A stretch of 64,000 nucleotides of DNA. Origin: Phycisphaerales bacterium (GTDB lineage: Bacteria > Planctomycetota > Phycisphaerae > Phycisphaerales > UBA1924). The notes under the pieces were generated by a model. It was not told the DNA's origin, did not search any database, and worked only from the letters and a program-made list of their open reading frames with translations. Within the stretch, counting starts at the first letter, position 1; each line of letters begins with the position of its first letter. Position numbers and translations under genes: made by a program. This document shows, in pieces, positions 1 through 8,874 of this stretch. The stretch covers positions 544,001-608,000 of the forward strand of contig OZ245777.1 in NCBI GenBank assembly GCA_965227775.1, written 5' to 3'.

Positions 1-97
1 AGAGCACTGCACGCGGGTGATTGCTGCTGGTGCGGGCCTTTGGTCGGCGAGCGCGCAATAATGACCTTCCGGCGGAAGTTTCCGGCGGAACAGCCCC

Positions 98-182
98 GGG
101 CGTGTGCCAGAGTGGACTAATGGGGCGGATTGCAAATCCGTTTGGCGAAAGCCGTTCGTGGGTTCGAATCCCACCGCGCCCT
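98..182 (+). tRNA. tRNA-Cys(GCA), 85 nt, with long variable arm; CCA not encoded
   Basis: Cloverleaf folded by hand: acceptor GGGCGTG(98-104)/CGCGCCC(175-181); D arm CCA-GAGTGGACTAA-TGG; anticodon stem GCGGA/TCCGT with loop TT-GCA-AA (GCA at 132-134); 16-nt variable region; T arm GTGGG-TTCGAAT-CCCAC; discriminator T182. Confidence 0.93.
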
Positions 183-235
183 CTTTTCCTTCGCGATCGT
201 CGCGACACCCGAAAACTTCCCGATCGGAGGCTTCC

Positions 236-1405
236 ATGACCACCGCCGCACCCGCCCAGAAGGCCGGCCTTGAAGGCGTCGTCGCCGGCGACACCGCGAT
301 CTGCAACGTCGAGCAAGACGCCCTGATCTATCGCGGCTACGAGATCCACGACCTGGCCGAGAACGCCAGCTTCGAGGAGGTCGCCTACCTCTTGCTCGAG
401 GGCGACAAGCCCAACGCCGAGCAGCTGCAGTTCTTCAAGGACGAACTGATCGCGAACCGTGCCCTGCCCACGCAGGTCATCGACTACCTCAAGACCGTGA
501 AGCCGATGGTCATCGCCGGCAGCGCCGTGCCGATGGACATCCTGCGAACCGCCGTCAGCATGCTCGCGAACCTCGATAAGGAGTGCCAGGACATCTCCGC
601 CGAGGCCAACCTGCGCAAGGCCAAGCGTCTGACCGCGAAGATTCCCACGGTCATCGGCCACATGCAGAACGTCATCGACGGTCGCGAGATCGTCGCGCCC
701 GATACGGGCGGCGACGCCAACCTGAGCCACGCCGCCAACATGCTCTACCTCATGAGCGGCGAACGGCCAGACGCCGAGGCCGAGAAGGTCGTCGATGTCT
801 CCCTCACGCTCTACGCCGAGCATGACTACAACGCCAGCACGTTCACCAGCCGCGTTATCGCCGGTACGCTGAGCGACATGCACGGTGCCGTGACGGGTGC
901 CATCGCCGCTCTCAAGGGCCCGCTGCACGGCGGTGCCAACGAGGCCGCCATGGACATGCTCCGCGAGATCATGAAGGATCTCGACGGCAAGATCGAGAAG
1001 CCCGCCGTTGAGCAGTGGATGCGCAAGGCGTTCGAAGAGAAGCGCAAGCTCATGGGCTTCGGCCACCGGGTCTACAAGAACGGCGACCACCGCGCCCCCA
1101 TCCTGCACAAGCTAGGCCGCGCCGCCGCCGAGAAGCGCGGGGCCGAGTTCGTCAAGTGGTTCGACCTGGGCGAGATCGTCCAGCAGATCATGCTCGACGA
1201 GAAGAGCATCCACCCCAACGTCGACTTCCCTTGCGGCATGACGTACTACGCGCTGGGCATCCCCGTGCCGCAGTACACGCCCATCTTCGTCGCCGCGCGC
1301 ATCACCGGCTGGGCCGCTCACATCATGGAGCAGCACGCCAACAACCGCCTCATCCGCCCGCGGGCCAACTACGTCGGCCCCGACCTACGCAAGTGGAACG
1401 GCTGA
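236..1405 (+). CDS. Citrate/2-methylcitrate synthase (short type)
   Basis: [48 protein letters not shown] and RLIRP motifs. ATG at 236 follows GGAGG; the upstream part of the track ORF overlaps the tRNA. Confidence 0.92.
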   Translation: MTTAAPAQKAGLEGVVAGDTAICNVEQDALIYRGYEIHDLAENASFEEVAYLLLEGDKPNAEQLQFFKDELIANRALPTQVIDYLKTVKPMVIAGSAVPMDILRTAVSMLANLDKECQDISAEANLRKAKRLTAKIPTVIGHMQNVIDGREIVAPDTGGDANLSHAANMLYLMSGERPDAEAEKVVDVSLTLYAEHDYNASTFTSRVIAGTLSDMHGAVTGAIAALKGPLHGGANEAAMDMLREIMKDLDGKIEKPAVEQWMRKAFEEKRKLMGFGHRVYKNGDHRAPILHKLGRAAAEKRGAEFVKWFDLGEIVQQIMLDEKSIHPNVDFPCGMTYYALGIPVPQYTPIFVAARITGWAAHIMEQHANNRLIRPRANYVGPDLRKWNG

Positions 1406-1415
1406 TGCGCAACTG

Positions 1416-2261
1416 ATGTCGCAGCGCGAGTTCGAATCGACACTCCACACGGACCTGGCCGACCGTATGACCTACGGCGGCTATCTGCATCTCGAGAAGA
1501 TCCTCACGGCCCAGCAGCCGCTGAGTGATCCACCGCACCACGACGAGATGCTGTTCGTCATCCAGCACCAGACCACCGAGCTTTGGCTGAAGCTGATGAT
1601 CCACGAGCTGCGCGCTGCGATCGCCGCCGTGCAGGCGGGCGACCTCGAGCCCAGCTTCAAGATCCTGGCCCGCGTGAAGCACATCCTGGCCCAGCTCTTG
1701 AACCAATGGAGCGTGCTCGCGACGCTCACGCCGACCGAGTACGCCCAGTTTCGCGGCGTGCTGGGCAATGCCAGCGGATTCCAGAGCTTCCAGTACCGGC
1801 TCGTCGAGTTCTTGCTGGGCAACAAGGACCGGCGCATGCTGAAGGTGCACGAGCACGACGCCGCAAACCACGCCGTGCTCAAGGAAGCACTGGAGTCGCC
1901 AAGCATCTACGACGCGTTCCTCACCTACATGAAGGGCCAGGGCCTGCCCGTCCCAGACGCAGCGGTCGATCGCGACTACGCAGAACCGCGCGAGATGGAC
2001 GAGGGCGTCATCGCCGTCCTCAAGTCGGTGTACGAGAACCCGCACGATCACTGGGCCAGCTACGAGATGGCCGAGAAGCTTGTGGACGTCGACGACCAGT
2101 TCGGCCAGTGGCGTTACCGCCACCTGCGCACGGTGCACCGCATCATCGGCATGAAGCGCGGCACCGGTGGCTCATCGGGCGTGCCGTTCCTGCGCCAGAT
2201 GATCGACCACCAGTTCTTCCCCGAGCTTTGGGAAGTCAGGACGCGGATCGAGGAGCTCTGA
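1416..2261 (+). CDS. kynA: Tryptophan 2,3-dioxygenase
   Basis: [52 protein letters not shown] and [10 protein letters not shown] motifs. Confidence 0.95.
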   Translation: MSQREFESTLHTDLADRMTYGGYLHLEKILTAQQPLSDPPHHDEMLFVIQHQTTELWLKLMIHELRAAIAAVQAGDLEPSFKILARVKHILAQLLNQWSVLATLTPTEYAQFRGVLGNASGFQSFQYRLVEFLLGNKDRRMLKVHEHDAANHAVLKEALESPSIYDAFLTYMKGQGLPVPDAAVDRDYAEPREMDEGVIAVLKSVYENPHDHWASYEMAEKLVDVDDQFGQWRYRHLRTVHRIIGMKRGTGGSSGVPFLRQMIDHQFFPELWEVRTRIEEL

Positions 2262-2282
2262 GCACTCGATCATCCGCGCGGC

Positions 2283-3608
2283 CTACGGACATCCGGCGTC
2301 GAACAGCGTCTGGAACGTCAAGAAGTCGAACAGCGTGAACATGCCGTCGCCGTCGACATCCGCTCGCGGGTCTCGATCCTGGAACAAGTTCTGGAATTCC
2401 AGGAAGTCGAAGATCGTCAGCGTGCCGTCGTCGTCGAAGTCGATCGTGCACACCGTGCTCGGCAGGGTGACCCGGAACGCTTCCTTGATGCCGAACTGAT
2501 TGATGCCGTACCCCACAATGACGGTGCCATCGTCGGAGATCGACGTGGCCTCGAGCAGCCCGCGCCACTCACCGGCCTCGAACAACCCAAATTCGTCGAC
2601 CAGCCAGTCTTGGAGGGCACGCACGGAACCGTCCTCGAACCACACCGCTGCGGCGTAGGGCGCACCTCCGACGAAGGCTCCCACGGTTCCCACGAGCAGC
2701 CTGCCGTCCGCTGATACGCCCTTGACGGCGTCATCAATGAGCCTGAATCCAGACGACGGAATCGTGTCCAGGATCTCGATGCCCACACCCTCACGCCAGA
2801 CGGCTGGCTTCGCTGGGTTGGTAAACGGGTCGTAGTCGATGGGCAGCAGCGTTCCCGTCACGACGGACGCCTCGGGCGACGTCCCGAGGATCGTGAAATC
2901 GGCATAGCCATCGGGCAGCATCGCGCCGACGGCGCGCGGCAGGCCGTCGGTCCACAGCACGATGTGATCGACACCGCCTGGCGCGCCGAACTGGCTGCCG
3001 ACGATGGTGCGCCCGTCGGTGCTGATCCGATTTGCCTGCCCGCCGGTGCGCCCTTGCAGCAAAGCGAGGCGATCGACCGCACCAGTCGCCGTGTCCCACA
3101 CAACCGGCTGCCGGCGGCGGACCTCGTCGAACGAGACCCCGACCGCGAGCGCTCCATCGCCCTGCACATCGCCGACGACCGTGTAGGTTCCCGACAGCGG
3201 AATCGCGTCGGATAACGGCAACAACTCGACACCCCACTGGCCAGGCTGCCACGCCATCGATAGTCGTACGAGCGTGCTATCGACGAACGTATTCCACGAC
3301 CCGACGGTCACCAACCCCTGCTCGCTGACAGCAACGCCGCGCCCGGGCGCGAGACCACCGTCCGGATCGAGCAGCAACTCGGGAAAGAACGCGCGATCAT
3401 CCCATGAGGCAACCAGCGTGCCCATATCCGTGTCGTCGCCACCGGTAGCGGCGACCCCGTCGGGGCTGACCGCGTCGGCCCGGCTGCCCACGAGCGCAGC
3501 CCCCAAGCCGCTGTAGCCCAGGCCTCGGAACGAGGCGTCTTGTGCGATTGCGCAACTTGCGACAGCCAGCACGGGCGCAAGAACGCTGCGATCGATGCAC
3601 TGCTTCAT
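2283..3608 (-). CDS. Secreted beta-propeller-like repeat protein (HAF-like repeats) with C-terminal GC-type dockerin-like domain
   Basis: Signal peptide; repeated VSxDG/ISxDGxxIVG units; tail C..DFDDDGTLTIFDFLEFQNLF...ADVDGDGMFTLFDFLTFQTLFDAGCP. Confidence 0.75.
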   Translation of the reverse strand: MKQCIDRSVLAPVLAVASCAIAQDASFRGLGYSGLGAALVGSRADAVSPDGVAATGGDDTDMGTLVASWDDRAFFPELLLDPDGGLAPGRGVAVSEQGLVTVGSWNTFVDSTLVRLSMAWQPGQWGVELLPLSDAIPLSGTYTVVGDVQGDGALAVGVSFDEVRRRQPVVWDTATGAVDRLALLQGRTGGQANRISTDGRTIVGSQFGAPGGVDHIVLWTDGLPRAVGAMLPDGYADFTILGTSPEASVVTGTLLPIDYDPFTNPAKPAVWREGVGIEILDTIPSSGFRLIDDAVKGVSADGRLLVGTVGAFVGGAPYAAAVWFEDGSVRALQDWLVDEFGLFEAGEWRGLLEATSISDDGTVIVGYGINQFGIKEAFRVTLPSTVCTIDFDDDGTLTIFDFLEFQNLFQDRDPRADVDGDGMFTLFDFLTFQTLFDAGCP

Positions 3609-3677
3609 GACATCCCTCCAAAAGCGATACCGGCGAACGTCACTTCGCGTTTCAAGAGTGACACCAGTCGATCGCTG

Positions 3678-4532
3678 TTACGGGGTTGCCCCCGGGAGCG
3701 AGATCACGAAGTCGGTCCCGCGTCCCGCCTCGCTCGTAAATGTCAGATCGCCGCCGCTGGCCTGCACGATGCGTCGGCTGGTGGGCAAGCCCAAGCCCGT
3801 GCCGCCTTGCTTGGTGGTGAAGTAGGGGTGGAAGATCCGTTCGGCGGTGTCTTCGGGCATGCCGGGGCCGGTATCGGTGACGTGGATCTCGATCATGCCG
3901 TCTCGGGGGCGGTGACGCACGCGAATCATCAGCTCCTTGGAAACGCCCTCGCCCGCCTCGGCCATCGCTTGCGTCGCGTTCAGCATGAGGTTCAGTACGG
4001 CCTGCTTCAGCCGAGGCGCATCGACGTTCACCCAAGCGGACTGTTCGGCCAGATCGACCCGGATCCGCACGCCCCGGCTCTCGGCCTGCGGCAGGAAGAA
4101 GTCTGCAAGTTCCTCGACGAGGCGGTTCAGGTCAACGCGCGTTGGGCTGAGGCGCAGCTCGCCCGCGAAGTCGAGGAAGTCGCTGAGAATGTCGCCCAGC
4201 CGCTCGACCTCTCGCTTGAGCGTGCCGGCACGCCGAGTAAGCCGGCCGCGCTGCTGCTCATCGACCGAGGGCAGGTCGCCCACCGCTTCGGCCAGCAGCT
4301 GCGCATTCATGCCGATGGTCGAGAGCGGGTTCTTGATCTCGTGCGCGAGCCCGCCGGTCATCGAGCCGATTTCGGCTAGGTGTTCGGCCGCCCGCGCACG
4401 GCCCTCGGCCTGCCGGGCGCGCCGCATGAGCACGCGCGTGGCCCACCACCCGGCTGCCGCGGCCACGAGCAAGCCGCCGCCGAAGCCGGCAAGAAGATTC
4501 GTGAACGGTGTGCCCCACGCCTCAACGGACAT
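3678..4532 (-). CDS. Membrane-anchored sensor histidine kinase (HisKA + HATPase_c)
   Basis: H-box GLAHEIKNPL, N-box NLMLNATQA, DTGPGM, FHPYFTTK and GTGLGL; one N-terminal TM segment. Start placed at ATG 4532. Confidence 0.9.
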   Translation of the reverse strand: MSVEAWGTPFTNLLAGFGGGLLVAAAAGWWATRVLMRRARQAEGRARAAEHLAEIGSMTGGLAHEIKNPLSTIGMNAQLLAEAVGDLPSVDEQQRGRLTRRAGTLKREVERLGDILSDFLDFAGELRLSPTRVDLNRLVEELADFFLPQAESRGVRIRVDLAEQSAWVNVDAPRLKQAVLNLMLNATQAMAEAGEGVSKELMIRVRHRPRDGMIEIHVTDTGPGMPEDTAERIFHPYFTTKQGGTGLGLPTSRRIVQASGGDLTFTSEAGRGTDFVISLPGATP

Positions 4533-4558
4533 GCGCACAGGGTAGTGTGCTGGTGGAA

Positions 4559-4843
4559 CTACCGGCGTGGCGATCGCTTTGCGCTCTCCGGGTCGGGCTT
4601 GGTCTCGACGACACCCACCCGCTCGACGTGCGTGGCCTTCCAACCCCGGTCGGTCTTCTTCGCGTCGTATTGCACCATCGACCCATCGCGAAGCGAGCGG
4701 TAGCCCGGCCCCTTGATCACCGAGTAGTGCACCATTACGTCTTCGCCGTTCGGGCCGACGATGAAGCCGAAGCCCTTGCGGGCGTCGAACCACTTCACCT
4801 CGCCCTCGAGGCCTTCAAGCACGTCCGTCGGTTGCTCGTGCAT
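4559..4843 (-). CDS. Cold-shock domain protein
   Basis: GEVKWFDARKGFGFI (RNP1) and DVMVHYS (RNP2). Start placed at ATG 4843. Confidence 0.88.
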   Translation of the reverse strand: MHEQPTDVLEGLEGEVKWFDARKGFGFIVGPNGEDVMVHYSVIKGPGYRSLRDGSMVQYDAKKTDRGWKATHVERVGVVETKPDPESAKRSPRR

Positions 4844-5102
4844 GCGCACTGCTCCGCCGTCCGTTCCCGCGAACAGCCCCACGCTGCGGGCAAGTCGGAC
4901 GGCCCGCAATCGGATCGAAGCGTGATCCGCACCGGGCTTACCCAGCTTACCAAGAAATCAGAGCGAGCGTTGCACGAATCCGCGTTTTGACGGCGAGTTT
5001 GACCAATCTTCACGAAACAGGCGCCGCACAACCGCACGCGGAGGGAACTGAGCAGCCAAGGACACCCAATCCGGGGATACGAAGTCGCGAACGCAAAAAC
5101 AG

Positions 5103-5127
5103 AAAAACCCCGCACTTGGCGGGGTTT
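5103..5127 (-). terminator. Rho-independent terminator downstream of pnp
   Basis: AAACCCCGC-ACTTG-GCGGGGTTT hairpin with A-runs on the left, giving a U-tract on the minus strand. Confidence 0.7.
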
Positions 5128-5164
5128 ATGGCCATCGAGCACCAAGCTGATCAGCTTGGTTCGA

Positions 5165-7519
5165 TCAATCGACCGTTGCCGGCCGGCGTCCGCCGCGCCG
5201 CTTCGAGCGTCGGCCGTCTCGCCCGCCATCACGGTCACGGTCACGCCCGCCATCGCGATCACGGTCGCCATCCCGATCGCGGTCTCGGCCGCGACCGCGG
5301 CCACGCGAGCCGCGATCGCCGCGCGAGCCACGCTCTGCTCGGTCACCGTCATCATCGCCGCCGCGCTCCTCGGGCGGGAGCGCCTGCTTGCGGCTGAGCT
5401 TGATGCGACCCTGATCGTCGACCAAGATGACCTTGACCGTCACCTCGTCGCCGACGTTGACGACATCGGTCACCTTCTCGACGTAGCCGTCCTTGAGCTC
5501 GCTGATGTGGCACATGCCATCGGTGCCCGCGGCGATCTCGATGAACGCGCCAAAGTCGCGAACGCTTACGACCTTGCCCGTGTAGATCGAGCCGACCTTG
5601 ATCTCTTCGCCGAGCGCTTCGATCTCCTGCTTGGCGCCGGCGAGGCTGTCACCGTCAGTCGAAGCAACCGACACGGTGCCATCCTCTTCGACATCGACCT
5701 GCACGCCCCACCGCTCCTGGATGGCGCGAATGGTCTTGCCACCGGGGCCGATGAGCTTGCCGATCTTCTCGGGATTGATCTTGATCGTCTCGATGCGCGG
5801 TGCGAAGCGCGAGATGTCCGAACGCGGCGCCTCGATCACCTGCTCCATGATGTCGATGATCTCCAGACGTCCTTCGCGGGCCTGGTCGAAGATCAGCTCG
5901 ATCTGGTCCATCTCTAGGCCGCGGGCCTTGAGGTCGAGCTGAATGCCGGTGATGCCGTCGCGCGTGCCGGCGATCTTGAAGTCCATATCGCCGAAGAAGT
6001 CTTCCTCACCGATGATGTCGGTGATGTAGACCTCGTTCTCGCCGTTCTCGTCGGTCATGCGACCGACCGAGATGCCCGCGCACGTCGCGCGGATCGGCAC
6101 GCCCGCGTCCATGAGCGCCAGGCAACCACCGCAGATCGATGCCATCGACGAAGAGCCGTTGCTCTCGGTGATGTCGCTGACAAGGCGGACGGTGTAGGGG
6201 AACTCGTCGGGCCCGGGCAGGATGCCGAGAAGGCTGCGCTCGGCGAGCGCGCCGTGGCCGATCTCGCGGCGGCCGGGGCCCATGATCCGGCCGGCCTCGC
6301 CCACGCAGAAAGGCGGGAAGTTGTAGTGCAGCGTGAACTTCTTGCTGTACTCGGGCATGAGGCCGTCGACGATCTGAGCGTCCTTGCCCGTGCCCAGCGT
6401 GCAGCTCACGATGCTCTGCGTCTCGCCGCGCTGGAACAGCGCCGAGCCGTGCGTGCGCTCGAAGTAGCCGACCTGGCCGTAGATCGGGCGCAGCTCGGCG
6501 GGCTTGCGGCCATCGGCACGCACGCCCTTCTCGACGAGCAGTTGGCGCGACACCTTCTTCTCGAGCGTGCGGAAGGCTTCCTTCGCCATCGCGCGGCGCT
6601 TGGTGCTCTCCAGGTGCTCGCCCGGGGTGCCATCTTCGATGATCTGGAAGTGGGCGTCGAGGACCTCGTCGCGGATCTCGCCAACGGCCTGGCCGCGCTC
6701 GTGCTTGCCGGGGATCTGACGGGCCTTCATCAGCTTGGCCTTGGCAGCCTTGGCAACCGTGTCCACCACATCTTGGGCGGGTAGGTTAAGGTTGTCGCCG
6801 ATGCGACTCTCCTGGCCCGCCTCGGCGGCGAGGTCTTCGATGAGTTCGAGGATCTCGCCGATCACGTCCTGACCGAACTCGATGGCGTCGAGCACATCGT
6901 CGTCGGGCACCTCGGCCGCGCCGACCTCGATCATGTTGATGCCGTCGACGTGGCCGCTGAGGACCATGTCCAAGTCGCTGTAGTCCATCTGGCTGGCCGT
7001 CGGGTTCGCGACGAGCACGGGGCCGTCATCGGTGTGCACGCGGCCGACGCGCACGGTGGCGATGGGTCCCTCGAACGGCGCATCGCTCAGCGTCAGGGCG
7101 GCCGACGCGGCCACCGAGGCCAGCACGTCGGTGTCGTTCTCGCCGTCATGGCTCATGACCCAGCACTGGATCTGCACCTCGTCGATGAAACCGTCGGGGA
7201 AGAGCGGGCGGATGGGCCGGTCGATCATCCGCATGGTGAGGATTTCTTTCTCGTTTGGAGCGCCCTCACGCTTGCGGAACCCGCCGGGGAACTTACCCGC
7301 GGCCGGCAGCTTCTCGCGGTAATCGACCTGCATCGGGAAGAAGTCGAGCCCGGGCCTTGGATTGGCCCGCACAACCGTCGCGAGCACGGCGCTGCCGCCG
7401 TACCGCAGGATGACCGCCGACGAGGCAAGGCGTGCGACGACGCCGGTCTCGATCGACATGGTGCGGCCGGCGATCTCGCGCTCGACCTTGATTTGCTCGG
7501 AAATCAGAACGTCTGCCAT
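5165..7519 (-). CDS. pnp: Polyribonucleotide nucleotidyltransferase (PNPase)
   Basis: DFFPMQVDYREK, FPGGFRKREG, RREIGHGALAER, ESNGSSSMAS and GDMDFKIAGT motifs; KH (IGPGGKTIR) and S1 domains; lies downstream of rpsO. Confidence 0.98.
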   Translation of the reverse strand: MADVLISEQIKVEREIAGRTMSIETGVVARLASSAVILRYGGSAVLATVVRANPRPGLDFFPMQVDYREKLPAAGKFPGGFRKREGAPNEKEILTMRMIDRPIRPLFPDGFIDEVQIQCWVMSHDGENDTDVLASVAASAALTLSDAPFEGPIATVRVGRVHTDDGPVLVANPTASQMDYSDLDMVLSGHVDGINMIEVGAAEVPDDDVLDAIEFGQDVIGEILELIEDLAAEAGQESRIGDNLNLPAQDVVDTVAKAAKAKLMKARQIPGKHERGQAVGEIRDEVLDAHFQIIEDGTPGEHLESTKRRAMAKEAFRTLEKKVSRQLLVEKGVRADGRKPAELRPIYGQVGYFERTHGSALFQRGETQSIVSCTLGTGKDAQIVDGLMPEYSKKFTLHYNFPPFCVGEAGRIMGPGRREIGHGALAERSLLGILPGPDEFPYTVRLVSDITESNGSSSMASICGGCLALMDAGVPIRATCAGISVGRMTDENGENEVYITDIIGEEDFFGDMDFKIAGTRDGITGIQLDLKARGLEMDQIELIFDQAREGRLEIIDIMEQVIEAPRSDISRFAPRIETIKINPEKIGKLIGPGGKTIRAIQERWGVQVDVEEDGTVSVASTDGDSLAGAKQEIEALGEEIKVGSIYTGKVVSVRDFGAFIEIAAGTDGMCHISELKDGYVEKVTDVVNVGDEVTVKVILVDDQGRIKLSRKQALPPEERGGDDDGDRAERGSRGDRGSRGRGRGRDRDRDGDRDRDGGRDRDRDGGRDGRRSKRRGGRRPATVD

Positions 7520-7844
7520 ATGTATAAACCTCTATCACCAGGAGCCGTGCGAGCGTTGGTCGCGGGCTCGTCAATCAGCGAACACCGGCATCAGCAACGT
7601 GACGCCGGCCGCGAGGGAGAGAGGGACGAGGAGGTGGAAGGGGCAGAGGACGTAAGGCAGTGTGGCTGCGGGATCGAGCTCGCTCACTGCGTCGCGCCGA
7701 CTGCTCCTTCGGCCTTCCGGAACCCTCGCATGAAGTTGGACCGTCCGGGCACGAATCGCCCGGATTGCGCGATCCGGATGTGGAACGGGCCGGCCTCTTT
7801 CCCCGGCGCCCATGCGCCGGGCCCGACCCGGAAATGCCTCGAAC

Positions 7845-7881
7845 CAAAACAAAACAAAAAACCCCGTCGTGGGGCTTTGTA
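7845..7881 (-). terminator. Terminator between rpsO and pnp
   Basis: Minus strand reads ACAAAGCCCC-ACGAC-GGGGTTTTTTGTTTTG, starting about 13 nt after the rpsO stop. Confidence 0.7.
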
Positions 7882-7893
7882 CGCAAATACTCT

Positions 7894-8163
7894 TTACTTG
7901 CGCAGACCGAGCTTCTGGATGAGCGCCTTGTAGCTCTCGTTGTTGGTCCTGCTCAGGTAGCGGAGCAGGCGGTTGCGCTTGCCGACCATCAGGATCAGGC
8001 CGCGACGGCTGTGGAAGTCGTGGCGGTGCTCACGCAGGTGACCCGAGAGTTCCTTGATGCGGCTTGTGAGGACGGCAATCTGCACCTCCGGAGAGCCCGT
8101 ATCGCCCTCGTGACGCCTGTGCTCGCCGATGACCTCTTGCTTGACCGCAGGTTCGATTGCCAT
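7894..8163 (-). CDS. rpsO: 30S ribosomal protein S15
   Basis: [22 protein letters not shown] and LIQKLGLRK motifs; 89 aa from ATG 8163. Confidence 0.97.
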   Translation of the reverse strand: MAIEPAVKQEVIGEHRRHEGDTGSPEVQIAVLTSRIKELSGHLREHRHDFHSRRGLILMVGKRNRLLRYLSRTNNESYKALIQKLGLRK

Positions 8164-8280
8164 AAACGCTGGCCTCTCCGATGCTTCGTAGGAACTCGAT
8201 ATAACCACCACGCGGCGCCGGCCACCCCGGCATCCGCCACAGCCCCAATGGTAGCCCGCAGGCCTTTGCCGGGTCCAGCC

Positions 8281-8874
8281 CTAGCCGAACCACCGCAGCC
8301 GCCAGCTGCCATCCTCGTAGATCATGTCCATGAAGCTCCAGCGGAGCCCCTCGCGGGCTAGCCCGGTCACCTGGAGGCGGATCACGTTGTTCCCAAGCGA
8401 CTTCATGATGACCTGAGGCGAGTTCTCCGCCAGCGGCCCGATGCGGTTGAACAGCAGCAGCACGTCGTCCCGCCGCCTCAGGAGCGTGTAATAGGCCTGG
8501 TCTGGCGGCAGGTTCCTGGCCTCGTACTCGGCCCGCGTGGCCTCGCTGAGCAATTGTTCGGTGAACAACTCACGCTCCAGCGGCTCGTCATCGTGGATCA
8601 GCGCGTGCTGGAGGTGGGCCATGAGGTCCCGCCCGGTCCGGGCGCGGAGCACGATCTCGCCATCGGGCAGTTCCTGGCGAATAGGCGGCAGGCTGGCCGG
8701 GTCGACGCCGCGGCCGGGGGAGACCGCGTCGGACCGCTCCCGTGGGGCACCGCCCAAACGGCCGAACAGGTCGTTCTTGGGCCGCTCGTCGAGCACCACT
8801 TCCTGGCAGCCCGACTGCCAGCCAGCCAGCAGACCCAGAAGCGCGCAGATCATGGCCGCCCTACCGCTCGGCAT
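8281..8874 (-). CDS. Hypothetical lipoprotein-like protein
   Basis: Hydrophobic leader ending ...WQSGC; start overlaps the DinB-family stop (alternative ATG at 8853). Confidence 0.6.
   Translation of the reverse strand: MPSGRAAMICALLGLLAGWQSGCQEVVLDERPKNDLFGRLGGAPRERSDAVSPGRGVDPASLPPIRQELPDGEIVLRARTGRDLMAHLQHALIHDDEPLERELFTEQLLSEATRAEYEARNLPPDQAYYTLLRRRDDVLLLFNRIGPLAENSPQVIMKSLGNNVIRLQVTGLAREGLRWSFMDMIYEDGSWRLRWFG

Noticed and set aside
98..182. tRNA-Sec, tRNA-Tyr or tRNA-Ser call for the long-arm tRNA
   Set aside because: The anticodon is GCA, the acceptor and T stems are a canonical 7/5, and the discriminator is U. It lacks the Sec TCA anticodon and 8/5 fold, the Tyr GTA/A73 and the Ser G73.
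104..235. N-terminal extension of the citrate synthase ORF (MPEWTNGADCKS...)
   Set aside because: This is a translation of the tRNA gene. The credible start is ATG 236 with a GGAGG ribosome-binding site.
98..3608. Genomic island integrated at the tRNA
   Set aside because: No integrase is present, and I noticed no duplicated tRNA 3' end. Housekeeping genes follow immediately.
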